Shown here piece by piece: positions 40,731 to 53,899 of a stretch of DNA of 64,000 nucleotides. The position numbers and the translations under genes were made by a program. Below the pieces are notes generated by a model that had not been told where the DNA came from, did no database searches, and was given only the letters and a program-made list of their open reading frames with translations. The DNA lies in NCBI GenBank assembly GCA_051453625.1, contig JBOZIK010000001.1, forward strand, positions 7,412,687-7,476,686, read 5' to 3'. Every line of letters starts with the position of its first letter. Position 1 is the first letter of the stretch. The DNA comes from Welwitschia mirabilis. Taxonomy: Eukaryota.

Positions 40731-40775
40731 AGTTAATTTAAGATTCAAGGAAAAACTTCTTAAGGGGAAAAGAAA

Positions 40776-43700
40776 TGTCACATCTAGATTTTTAAAGGTC
40801 CAAAAATTTATCCCAAGTAGTTTAATAAAAACTAAATAAAATAATTTTTATGTTGTGGGACTCACTAAGCTAACATAATTACTAGATTCTTTATTTACTA
40901 GCATATTTTATTATTTGAGATGTAATTATTTACATTATTAGTATAAACTTATTGTGTTGTAATTATTAATTTAAATAACTTCCTTTCTTATAATTGCTAT
41001 AAGTAATAATAATATTTTATAGTACTTCCTTGTTTATTTAATGATATACTTTTAGTGGCTAAAATAATGGTTAGATGAATATTATTTTCTTTCTTTTTGT
41101 AATCATTGCATTTTCTTTTATTGCTAGTTAATATGTGCTCACTATAGCAAAATATTCACATGTGGAAAATCTTATCCTGTTCTGTTGAAATTACTTGCTA
41201 AATGTTGCATCTTAATTGGATAAAGCAAAGTAACTATTATTTAGGTTTTTTTCATCCTTAATAATTGTAAGTAATGGCATGATTTCAAAATTTTGGTAGT
41301 TTTCTTTAAATGAATTATTTGAGTAAATACCAATTATTTTTTATCTTTTCTAAAAATAGTGACATGTCATGTGACTAAGCTTATCTTCTTTGTACTTATT
41401 TTCAAAAATGCCAAGAACTTTTGGATTATGTAACTTATGTATTAACGATGAAGGCATCCTTTTCATAACTATTAATTACTTATTATTGGAAAAATAATTT
41501 CAGCATGTTGAGCATTTACTATTATCATGAGGAAATATTAAATGTACCCAGTGGCTAGGAAATGTAATGATTAGGGGTTAGGAAATCATATCTATGTTTT
41601 CTAAAGATAATGGTGGCTTATGTATCCCTTGATATCGTCCATTCTATTTTATCTTTTCATTATAAATAGGACTTCCTTTCCTTTGATATTATTATTTGAA
41701 ATATATTTTTGACTTGGATTTTAGTAGACTTTATAGCTTCAAAAATTTTAGATTCTTTAGAATCTTAGAGTCTTTAAATCTTGGTATAGAGATATTAAAG
41801 TTTTGGAAACTTCATGTTAAATAACAAGTATGGTCCTAGGGAATTTATGTAAATCTTATACAGTTTAGAAATTTCTTATATCTTTCATGATTTTATTATT
41901 ATCTTGCAATTAAGGTATGGTTGTATTATTTTCTTGCATGTTTTATATGTTCTAGGTTTTTTCTTACATACTTATATAATCTTGTATTTTATTGCATACA
42001 TTGAATCGCTTGATTAAACTCTTTCTTTCTTCTTCTATAATCTAGTAATTCTTTTGAATAATCTCTATGTTTAGCCTTCATTTACATAGTCTATATTTCT
42101 TAGTCTATATTTCTTGTTAATCTTATTACTCACTTCTATGGTTTGGGTTTCTTTTATTAACCATCTAGTATGATCTTAAGTATTTCTTGAACCGCTTGAA
42201 TGGTCCTAAATATTCTTGAATGTCTTATAGTCCTAAATATTTTTTGAATTTTTTGTATGGTCCTAAGTTCTTACATCCTTTTATGGTTCAAAGAAATAGC
42301 ATTATGATGTTTTAAAATTCTTGTNNNNNNNNNNNNNNNNNNNNNNNNNNNNNNNNNNNNNNNNNNNNNNNNNNNNNNNNNNNNNNNNNNNNNNNNNNNN
42401 NNNNNNNNNNNNNNNNNNNNNNNNATATTTCTCGAATGTCTTATAGTCCTAAATATTGAATTTTTTGTATGATCTTAAGCTCTTAAACCCTTTATAGGTC
42501 AATGAAATAACCTTATGATTTTTTAAAATTCTTGTAACTTTCTTTAAAAAAACTTATTTTTCTTTAATTGGTTAGAAATTCTTCCATGAATATCTATTTT
42601 AGATTCAAAAATTATTCTAGTCTAATCTTAATTCTTATGATGTGAAAAAATGTTACATCATTAGATTATTTTATGAAGTATCTCGATCTTAAAAAGATAC
42701 TATATAAATATAAATCTTTTTTTTTTAATTTGTAATGTATTTAAAACTCCAAATCTTCTTATGTAAATAAGGTTTTCAAGATCATTAAATGAGGCAGTGT
42801 AATATGAAAACCCATAGTTCATTGAATGAAGTAGTGGGTTGATAATTCCATAGATCACTAAATAAGGTAGTGGAAAAATAAAAATAAAACTATAGAATAC
42901 CAAATGAAGGATTGGTAATATAAAAATAAAATCACAGATCATGAAATGAGTAGTGGGAATGATGATCTACATATCACTAAATGAGGTAGTGGATAAATAA
43001 AGTTAAAACCACAGATCATCAATTAGGTTGTGCTAAATTACATGATGAAACAAATTAATCTTATTCCACTTTTATAAAATATAATGCTTGATATTTTTGA
43101 TTATTTATTCTTGTTTCATCTTAATGTATCTCATATCTTAGGGCTATTGTTGCCTTAGTATTCACCTTATCGAGTCATAGTAGGGACTATGATGATTTAA
43201 GGTTCTTTGTTCATACTATTTTATGTTAAATAAGTGATAAATTAGAACATAATAAAGCCTAATATGTTAAGGAAGGAATATGAAAATGAAATATNNNNNN
43301 NNNNNNNNNNNNNNNNNNNNNNNNNNNNNNNNNNNNNNNNNNNNNNNNNNNNNNNNNNNNNNNNNNNNNNNNNNNNNNNNNNNNNNNNNNNNNNAAGTTC
43401 TTACATCCTTTTATGGTTCAAAGAAATAGCCTTATGATTTTTTAAAATTCTTGTAACTTTCTTTAAAAAAACTTGTTTTTTTAATTGGTTAGAAATTATT
43501 TTGTAAATATTTGTTTTAGATTTAAAAATTATTCTAGTCTAATCTTAATTCTTATGATGTGGAAAAATGTTACATCATTAGATTATTTTATGAAGTATCT
43601 TGATCTTAAAAAGATACTCTATAAATATAGATCTTTTTTTTTAAAAACTTTGTAACGTATTTAAAACTCCAAATCTTCTTATGTAAATAAGGTTTTATAG

Positions 43701-44947
43701 ATCACCAAATGAGGCAGTGGAATATGAAAACCCACAGTTCACTGAATGAAGTAGTGGGTTGATAACTCCATGGATCACTAAATAAGGTAGTGGAAGAATA
43801 AAAATAAAACTATAGAATACCAAATGAAGGATTGACAATATAAAAATAAAATCACAAATCATGAAATGAGTAGTGGGAATGATGATCTACATATCACCAA
43901 ATGAGGTAGTGGATAAATAAAATTAAAACCATAGATCACCAATTAGGTTGTGCTAAATTACATGATAAAAGCAATTAATCTTATTCCACTTTTATAAAAT
44001 ATAATGCTTGATATTTTTAATTATTTATTCTTGTCTTATCTTAATTTATCTCATATCTTAGGGCTCTTGTTGCCTTAGTATTTACCTTGTCTAGTCATAC
44101 TAGGGACTGCGATGATTCACGGTTCTTTGTTCATACTATTTTATGTTAAATAAGTGATAAATCAGAACATAATAAAGCCTAATATGTTAAGCAAGGAATA
44201 TGCAAATGAAATATTTATTNNNNNNNNNNNNNNNNNNNNNNNNNNNNNNNNNNNNNNNNNNNNNNNNNNNNNNNNNNNNNNNNNNNNNNNNNNNNNNNNN
44301 NNNNNNNNNNNNNNNNNNNNNNNNNNNNNNNNNNNNNNNNNNNNNNNNNNNNNNNNNNNNNNNNNNNNNNNNNNNNNNNNNNNNNNNNNNNNNNNNNNNN
44401 NNNNNNNNNNNNNNNNNNNNNNNNNNNNNNNNNNNNNNNNNNNNNNNNNNNNNNNNNNNNNNNNNNNNNNNNNNNNNNNNNNNNNNNNNNNNNNNNNNNN
44501 NNNNNNATGATTTGATCTTTTTTGTGTCATCTTTACATTTGAATTTAATACTAATATTTATAGTTCAATCCTTATTTAAATCTCTTATTATTATTTATTA
44601 TTTTCTTAAATATTAAATATTATTGAATGCTTTCATGGCTAATCTTTTAATCCCCTTAGCTAATTATTTACTTCTACTTTGCTAATTATCATGGCTAGTC
44701 TATTAACTTTTAAGATTATCATCTTGGATCTGTTTTTCCTTCAAAACATAATGCCACTTTGTATTCTTAACTAATAGTTTATTTCCTAATATCTAAGCTT
44801 AATTTTTATTGGAATGTTATAGTTTTATGATTAGAACCCCTTTCCATTATAAATTGGCTTAAGTGCTTTAATAACTTTTTGGCTCATCTTTACACCTGAA
44901 TAGATATAATAGTTTGAAGTTCTTAGGTGAAAATTATGAAATTTTCA
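40776..44947 (+). repeat. 3' LTR of the Tekay element (inflated by gaps and duplicated segments)
   Basis: Follows the PPT, starts TGTCA, and ends ttttca before the TSD. Confidence 0.85.
43695..43953 (+). repeat. Tandem subrepeat array inside the 3' LTR (second copy at ~42773-43033)
   Basis: Seven units of the ccacagatcaccaaatgaggcagtgg-like core with variable A-rich linkers. Confidence 0.8.
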
Positions 44948-46199
44948 ATTATTTAATTGTTTTTAGAATGCAAGATTTGCAAGGAAAATGATGAATCCAT
45001 CAATCAACTAATCATAAATTAGTAGTTCACAAAGGATCAAGGAAAATTAATAACCACCATGTAAAAATATGCTAAAGTAGCTCATCTATTAGCTTTAGAT
45101 GATCCTAAGAAATAAATAATAAAGCATCTATCAATCTTCCAAATAATTTTAAATACTTAAGTACCTTGAATTTTTATATTTCAGTGAGCAAAAAACTAGT
45201 TTACAAGATGGATGTTTTACCATATATTTCAATTCTTTGGAAATGAATTCTTAAGCCTCAAAAACATAAACTAGAAATCATAGAAGTAGTAGGAAATCAT
45301 CATATCTCTTATTTTTTAGTCAAGATAAGATATTGATAATATAAATTAATAAATTATAGACCTTATTTTTCCTTAGAAAAATTCATAATATTTTAGGCAA
45401 GTCTATGAAAGCATCTTTTCCCCCTTCTACATAAGACTACATAAAACTTCAGATGAGTTTTTCAAGATTTAAATAAGCACATTTTAAAGAAGTTTGATAA
45501 GAGAAATAATAAACATGAGTAAAAATAATGATAGACCTAGAGGAAAAGATACTTACTAATCCATTTCTCCTTTTTCCTATGAATTCTCTACAATGTTTAA
45601 TTCCATAACTTTTTAGATTGATTTTTAAAGGAAAAGGGAATGTCTAAAAATTTGATAAGTTCCTTTCCCACATAAAATGTACCATGCATAGTACATAAGA
45701 TGTTGACAATCTTTAATTTCAATATAAACTAGATAATTTTACTAGTTTATATCACCTCTTAAAAAGTGATAATAATACTAAATATGAGGGAAAATATAAC
45801 TAGTAGTTTGTTAATCATTTACCACTATGAAGAAAGAATCATTACTAAAATGCAAATTCAACATCTTCTGAAACTCATCATCTAAGAAAATTTCTCTTAC
45901 TAAATCTTACTATATAAAATTGTGAATAGTACTATAGATGTAAATAAGGATTTCTGAATTTTTGAAAATTCTCTTGGTGCATGTTAGCCTATTTGCTAAT
46001 GTATGCCTATTTTTTAAATTTTTCAGCCTACCGCACCTTGTTTCTCCTAGGGTTTGGCTTTTCTAATGACTAAAAGAAGTAATTTTGGCTATTTTGATGG
46101 CAATGATAAGCAATTGAATGAGGACTTCTATCCTACTAAGGATGTTACATCTTCCTTGGTGCAAAGTTTAATGAAAAATTGAAGACATGAGTGTGGATT

Positions 46200-46850
46200 A
46201 GACCTCCAGTTCATCCCTCAGCAATTTTTTGAAATAGAGGTTAAAATCACAATAGATGAATAGAATCAAGATGTTAATTGATGGGCTAATTATTTAGTTG
46301 TCTTTGTCTATGATTTAAAACCACATCTGCTCAAAATTCAAAGGTTTATATGCATTAAATGGAGAAATAAGGAGGTGGCCACTACTTCTACTCTGGATCA
46401 TGGAGTGTTCCTCTTTAAATTAAACTCTAGAAATAAGATGTTAAACATCATGGACCAAGGCCCTTGGCCTTTTGATAATAGGCCAATGATAATAAGTATT
46501 TAAAGCCTTGATATGATCATAGAAGCTAATCATGTTACAAAGTTTCTCATATGGATTATACTACCTAATCTTAAGCTATATCTTTAGTTTAATTCAGTCC
46601 TTAGCCACATTGCTAGTGTGGTTGGAAAACCTATTTATACAAATGGATTTATGACCTCCATGGATAGATCATACTACACATAAATTTGTGTTGAGATCTC
46701 CCTTGAATTTTCTCTTCTAGAGAAGGTTAGAATTAAAAGTCCTAATGGTGTTTTCTTTGATTAGATCTTACAATATGTGTGAACTTTAGTTAAGTGTAGT
46801 CATTGTATTTTCTTTGATTATTCTCTCGACCAATGTTGTAAGAAACCAAA
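46200..46850 (+). pseudogene. L1 ORF1 remnant (DUF4283-like plus zinc knuckle)
   Basis: DHGVFLFKLNSRNKMLNIMDQGPWPFDNRPMII; IASVVGKPIYT; KCSHCIFFDYSLDQC; multiple stops. Confidence 0.8.
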
Positions 46851-47279
46851 GTCTCACTAGGCTCTTAGGAAGATAATGAATGAGGAGAATAATGAAAACC
46901 CTTCACACATGAATAATCAAGCAAAGGGATTTGGTAATCCTATAAGATCTTCTAGTGGATTTCAGATCTTTGATCAGTAAGAGAAGAATGAAAAGATCCC
47001 TAACCCTAAGAATAATGATCATGATTAGGGATAGAATCCTTAATAGGAGTTTGGTAATCCTTATGCTCATGAAAGAGAGGCTTTAGCTAGTGGTTAGAAT
47101 GATAATAAAAATTGTAATGGGTTTGATGAGGATGCTAGTGGTGCCATGACTCCAAGATTAAATCAGGCAAGATAGAACACTAGGCAAGATTAGGATGATG
47201 GATTCCAAACTATGCATATAAGAAACACCAGATCATATAAGAATGTTAAAGGTAGGGAAGGTGAAAATAATAAAAGGTA

Positions 47280-50200
47280 ATGATAGCCGACTCTTAGAAC
47301 ATAAGGGGATTGGACATCCCTGAAAAACAAAAAGTTCATTTTTTTCTTAGGAGTAATAATGTAGATATTGCTATCATAATAGAAATTGAATAATTGCTGA
47401 TAAGCGGAATAGGGTTATCTTGTCTTGCTATGATAGTGCTTAGTGGAAAAACATTAATAACTATTTGTTGGCTACTAATGATAGGATTATTTTATTATGA
47501 AATCCTATTAGTATCCAAGTTTCTATTATTTCTATTACTGACTCGCTAATCCACTGCCATGTTATGTATGGATCTTTTTCTTATTTCTTGACCTTTGTCT
47601 ATGGGTTTAATACTTCTTAACAAAAAGCTTAGTTATTGGCAAACCTACATAATATTTCTTTATGTATCAATTAGGGTTAAGCCATATTAGGTGATTTCAA
47701 TTACAAATCATACTCTTTTGAGAGGATTAATGAAGCCCCCCATCACTTCCAGGGATTTTGTTGAGCTACAATCACTAATGCAAGGATTTCAACTCACTGA
47801 TATTAAGGAATTTGATTTCTTTTTCACTTGGAATGATCATCATCATGATTAACCTATAATTTTTAGCAAACTATATAGATCTCTTATTAATAGCAATTGG
47901 TTAATAAGATTTCTAGACTCTTATACTAATTTTTTAAACCCCGGGCTCTCAAAACACTCTCCTATTATGCTAAATTGTACTACTAGGCAGCATAGGAAAC
48001 CTTATTTTAGGTTTTGCAACTATTGGTGTGGGGATGATATCTTTCTTGATGTTGTGGCTGCTTCATGAGCTAGTGATGGCTGGGCAACTAATTTCTTCTA
48101 CTTGAAAAGAAAACTAAAGGCTGTTAAAATCTCCTTGAATGCTTATTTTGCTAGAAAGGTAAGAAATATGGATGCTAGTATTTATTTTATCAAGGAGGAT
48201 CTCAGGAATATATAAAATTTGATGCTATCTCAACCTAGAAATACTTAACTAAGGAATGATGAGAGGGAGCATGCAGGTAATCTAAAGAATTTCCTATACA
48301 ACCAATGGATTTTCCTAAAGTAGATATCTAAAATTAATTGGTCAAAGAATGGTGATCTTATACTTGTATTAAGGGATGAAGGAAACTGAACCCAGTACCA
48401 ATTCTACATGATTCCACAGGAACTAAACTCACATCTAAGAAAGTGATTAAGGATGATTTTTTTCTTATTTTAAGCAAGTATTAGGAACTACTTCTCCTAT
48501 TTAACATAGCAATTCTAATGTGTTTGTACTGGTGCTACCCTATTTGAGCAACATTGTTTGTCATTATGCTTCCCTATAATAGATGATGAAGTGAAGGCTA
48601 CTATATTCTCCATTTCTAGTAGCTGTGCACTAGGACCAGATGAATTCACTGCTAAGTTCTTCAAGAGGGCTTGGAGTCTAGTTGGATCAGAGGTAACTCT
48701 TTCTATGAAACACTTTTTTAAGTCTTGTAAAATGCCCACTAGTATCAACTCTACTATTCTTACATTAATTCTTAAGANNNNNNNNNNNNNNNNNNNNNNN
48801 NNNNNNNNNNNNNNNNNNNNNNNNNNNNNNNNNNNNNNNNNNNNNNNNNNNNNNNNNNNNNNNNNNNNNNNNNNNNNTAACTATTGGTGTGGGGATGATG
48901 GCTTTCTTGATGTTGTAGCTACTTCATGGGCTAGTCATGGCTAGGCAACTGATTTCTTCTACTTGAAAAGGAAACTGAAGGCTATTAAAATCTCCTTGAA
49001 TGCCTATTTTGCTAGAAAGGTAAGAAATATTGATGCTAGGGTTTAGTCTACTAGGGAGGATCTCAGGAATATACAAAATTTGATGCTATCTTAACCTAGA
49101 AACACTCAACTAAGGAATGATAAGAGGAAGCATGTAAGTAACCTGAAGAAGCTCCTATACAACCAATGCATTTTCCTAAAGTAGATATCTAAAATTAATT
49201 ATTCAAATGATCGTGATCTTATGCTTATATTAAGGGAAGAATGAAACTGAACCCAATATCAGTTCTACATGATTTGCAGGAACTAAACTTACATCTAAGA
49301 AAAAGATCAAGGATGAATTTTTTTCTTATTTTAAGCAAGTATTAGGAACTACTTCTCCTATTTAAAATAGCAATCCTAATGTGTTTGTACTAGTGCTACC
49401 CTATCTAAGCAACATTGTTTGTCATTATGCTTCCCTGTAATAGATGATGAAGTGAAGGCTACTATATTCTCCATTTCTAGTAGCAGTGCACTAGGACTAG
49501 ATGAATTCACCACTAAGTTATTCAAGAAGGTTTGGAATCTAGTTGGATCAGAGGTAACTCTTTCTATAAAACACTTTTTTAAGTCTTGTAAAATACTCAC
49601 TAGTATCAATTCTACTATTCTTACACTAATTCTGAAGATCATCAATCCTAATTTAGCTAGTGATTTTAGGCCTATAACCTAGTATAATGTTATCTATAAA
49701 TGTGTAGCCAACATTATCACAACAATATTAAAGAGAGTGGTTGGCCTCTTAGTTAGAAAGGAATAAGATGCTTTCATACTTGGTAGATCCATTATTCATA
49801 ACATCCTCATTGCTCATGAAATTGTTCAGTTTTATGATAGGAAAAATGTGAGTTCTGTATGTGTAGATAAAGTAGATTTAAGGAAGGCTTATGACTCCAT
49901 TTCTTAGGATTTTATAAGAAGTATTCTTATTAAATTTGGTTTCCCTCTTAGATTCATAAAATAAATTCTTACTTGTATCTCATTGCTTATTTCTCTTATC
50001 TAGTTAATGGTGAAACTAGTGGTTATTTCCATGGACAAAGAGGTATCAGATAGTGTGATTTCATATCATCCTATCTATTCACTTTGGCCATGAAATATCT
50101 CACTAGATCCCTTAATTACATGGTTCTTCAGGGGGATTTCAAGTTTCATCCCAGATGTCATAGGTTAAAGCTTACTCATCTCTACTATGTTAATGACCTT

Positions 50201-52310
50201 TTTCTATTTTCTAAGGCTAATATAGGTTGTATGTAGTTGTTAAAAGATACTTTGGATTATTTTGCTTCTACCTTAGGTCTAGCTGCTAATTCTTCTAAGA
50301 GTTAGTTATTTTTTTAGGGGCACTTCCACTATTGATAGGGCCAACATTTTAGCTATGATGTAATTTAGTGAAGGTACTTTGTCTGTTAAGTACCTAGAAA
50401 TCCATTTGACTTTAAGAAGTTTGTCTTGCTTAGATTGCCTTCCTCTTCTAGAAATGGTCATAGCTGGATTACCACATGGACATTTAGATTTCTCTCTTAT
50501 TCTAGTAGAGCTACTCTTGTTTAGTCAGTCCTTCAGATCCTTCATTTATACTAGAGTAAAATATTTGTCCTTTCTAAGAAGATTATTAAAGGAATTAACT
50601 CACTCTGTAGGAGATTCTTATGATCTGGATTAGATGCACTTCAAAAAATCTCTTGTGATATGGGATGATCTTTGTAAGCCTAAGAATATAGGAGGTCTAG
50701 GATTTAGGAACTCTATTATGACTAATAAGTCCCTAATCCTCCAATTGTTATGGGACCTAGATTTGGATAAAGNNNNNNNNNNNNNNNNNNNNNNNNNNNN
50801 NNNNNNNNNNNNNNNNNNNNNNNNNNNNNNNNNNNNNNNNNNNNNNNNNNNNNNNNNNNNNNNNNNNNNNNNATCTATTTACTTTGGCCATGAAATATCT
50901 CACTAGATCCCTCAATCACATGATTCTTCAAGGGGATTTTAAATTTTATCCCAGGTGTCACAGGTTAAAGCTTACTCATCTCTACTATGTTAATGACCTT
51001 TTCCTATTTTCTAAGGCTAATATAGGCAGCATGTAGTTGTTAAAAGACACTTTGGATTATTTTGCTACTACCTTAGGTCTAGTTGCTAATTCTTCTAAGA
51101 GTCAGTTTTTTTTGGGGGGTACTTCCACTATTAATAGGGCCAACATTTTAGCTATGACGTAATTCAGTGAAGGTACTTTATCTATTAAGTACTTGGAAAT
51201 CCCTTTGACTTCAAGAAGTTTGTCTTGCTTAGATTTCCTTCCTATTCTAGAAATGATCATAGCTGGATTACCACATGGACATATAGATTTCTCTCTTATG
51301 CTAGTAGAGCTACTCTTGTTTAGTCAATTCTTTAGATCCTTTATTCATACTGGAGTAAATTATTTGTCCTTTTTAAGAAGATTATCAAAGAAGTTAACTC
51401 ACTCTGTAGGAGATTCTTATGATCTGGATTAGATGCACCTTCAAAAAATCTCTTGTGACATGGGACAATGTTTGTAAGCCTAAGAATGTAGGAGGTTTAG
51501 GCTTTAGGAACTTTGTTATGGCTAACAAGTCCCTAATCCTCCAACTATTATTGAACTTAGCTTTGGATAAAGATAATCTCTAGGTTAAATGATCACATGA
51601 GTACTCCACTCTACCTCAGTTTGAGACTTTGAAGTAAAGCAAAACACCTCTTGACCTATGAAGAAAATTCTTAAACTTAGAGAAGAAGCTCTAAAATGTA
51701 TCCTTGTTGTAGGTCAGTAGATCATATGGATTGGTGTCAGACCTCAGTTCATCTCTACAGATACATACAAAACCTTATCTTCCTAGTTTCAAAAATAGAG
51801 ATGGTGCATCATGACATGCACGAAGAATATCACTCCTGGATATGGTATGATTACTTGGTTGACTTATCTTGATAGACTTAATACCATAGATAGGTTATTA
51901 AGGATGGAATTGATTAATGAGGCTCATTTCACCCTATGCAATATGTATGTGGAGTTTAGGAATTACTTATTTTTTGAATGCTTGTTTTCTATTTATGTCT
52001 TGGATAAAGCTTGTTTTTTTGTTCATATTCATCCTCCCTATTATCAGTGGCATGACATTTTCAAATGGTTGATCAGTTGTTTTTACTTAAGCAGTACAAA
52101 GAATAGAGTTACTAGATCTATTTTAGCTTTTACTATATACCTGATCTAAAACATTAGAAATAAGGCAATTTTTAGCGCTAAAAAACTAGATTTGAATACT
52201 CTCATGCAAGAATTAACTTTTAGGTTGAATATTAATTTGATGGCTGTAGAGAGGCTTAGGAATGCAACTACTAATAGGTAATGGTTCTATCAGATGGACA
52301 TTTTCTAGTT
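47280..52310 (+). pseudogene. L1 ORF2 remnant (AP endonuclease, reverse transcriptase, zf-RVT)
   Basis: MIADS*NIRGL; ILGDFN; SKHSPI; GPDEFTAKFFKRAWSLVG; DFRPIT*YNVIYK; KVDLRKAYDS; LTHLYYVNDL; CKPKNIGGLGFR; WLTYLDRLNTIDRL...YLFFEC. Many stops and frameshifts. Confidence 0.9.
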
Positions 52311-53899
52311 TTGAACTAAATTTTCTTTATTTTCACATAATGGCTTGATTATTTTTTTGATTAGTTAAAATCTCTATAGATAATAAAGGTATCATTGACC
52401 TTTTGATTCTTTGTAATTATTCTATACATAACTTTACATAATAAAATGAAAACATCTTTCATCAAAAAAAGAAAAAGTAATATAGATGAAATCAACTATA
52501 ATTATGAAAATGTATGAATCTAAGTAAACCTTTTATAACCAAGTAGTAAATAGAAAATGCAAAACTTCTCCTCTAGAAAGTAGTTATATAAGTATTTGCA
52601 TCTACAAAATAATATGTTATCATATGAAAGAATATAGTTTAAAATTTAATTTTTCTATACAGAAAAGAATATAAAATTATTTAAATTTACTATATGATTA
52701 TCATAATCAACATGAATAAAGAGGATATCTTAGTTTGAATTAATATACCATTGATAACCTTTTCATGCTACCACAACATTTAAAGAAATATACCTACTAT
52801 GAATAAAGCCTATTTACTACTCAGTAAATATATTAAGTAAAATTATCTTAAGTTGATAAGATAAGCCCCTAATCCAAATATTTTAAGTGACATCTGATAA
52901 AATAATAGGATGTTAATTACTTATAAGAAAGGGATTACCTAATTTAGGTGATAGATGAATGATATATTTTTCCATATGATGATCAAGTGATCCCTAGTAA
53001 ATAGCTTTCTTGATGATATTATGATAATCATAAATTAACATATCCTATATTTCTTTATAAAAATCTACTATAAAACCATCATTAGTCATATTAAAATAAG
53101 CTTCTTTTAGTTCTATAAGATTAATATCAACATCTAGTGTTTNNNNNNNNNNNNNNNNNNNNNNNNNNNNNNNNNNNNNNNNNNNNNNNNNNNNNNNNNN
53201 NNNNNNNNNNNNNNNNNNNNNNNNNNNNNNNNNNNNNNNNNNTAGAGTTACTAGATCTATTTTAGCTTCTACTGTATACCTGATCTAGAACACTAGAAAT
53301 AAGGTGATTTTCAGTGCTAAAAAACTAGATTTGAATAGTCTCATACAAGAACTGACTTTTAGGTTGAAGATTAATTTGGTGGATATAGAGAGGCTTAGGA
53401 ACATAGCTGCTAATAGGCAATGATGCTATTAGATGGAGATTTTCCAATTTTGAACTAAATTTTCTTTATTTTTACATAATGACTTATTTTATTCCTTTGA
53501 TTAGTTCAGACCTCTATAGATAATAAAGGTCTTATTGCCCTTTTGATTCTTTGTAATTATTCTATACATAGATTTACATAATATAATGAAAACATATTTC
53601 ATCCAAAAAAAAAGTACTGTAGATGAAATCAACTATAATTATGAAAATGTATGAAGCTAAGTGAATGTTGTATAACTAAGCAGTAAATAGAAAATGCAAA
53701 AATTCTCCTCTAGAAAGTAGTGATATAAGTATTTGCATCTACAAAACAATATGTTATCATATGAAAGAATATAGTTTAAAATTTAATTTTTCTACACAGA
53801 AAAGAATAGAAAATTATTTAGAGTTACTATATGATTAGCATAATCAACATGAACAAAGAGGATATCTTAGTTTGAATTAATATACCATTGATAACCTTT

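Larger units (their letters stand above)
33301..44947 (+). mobile_element. Tekay/Del chromovirus LTR retrotransposon, internally deleted, ~3 kb LTRs
   Basis: LTRs 33301-36284 and 40776-44947 both begin TGTCA and align throughout. Perfect TSD ATTAT at 33296-33300 and 44948-44952. Degenerate Met PBS at 36287-36300, PPT aaggggaaaagaaa at 40762-40775, chromodomain remnant just upstream. Confidence 0.9.
45941..53612 (+). mobile_element. Full-length, inactivated plant L1 LINE (ORF1 + ORF2); the 3' end is present twice because of a gap duplication
   Basis: TSD agtactatagatg (45928-45940) vs agtaatatagatg (52476-52488) and agtactgtagatg (53613-53625), each after an A-tail. ORF1 and ORF2 motifs occur in the expected order. 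Confidence 0.9.

Noticed and set aside
43695-43953. CRISPR-like repeat-spacer appearance
   Set aside because: Spacers are too short and low-complexity, repeats are degenerate, there are no cas genes, and the array lies within paired plant LTRs.
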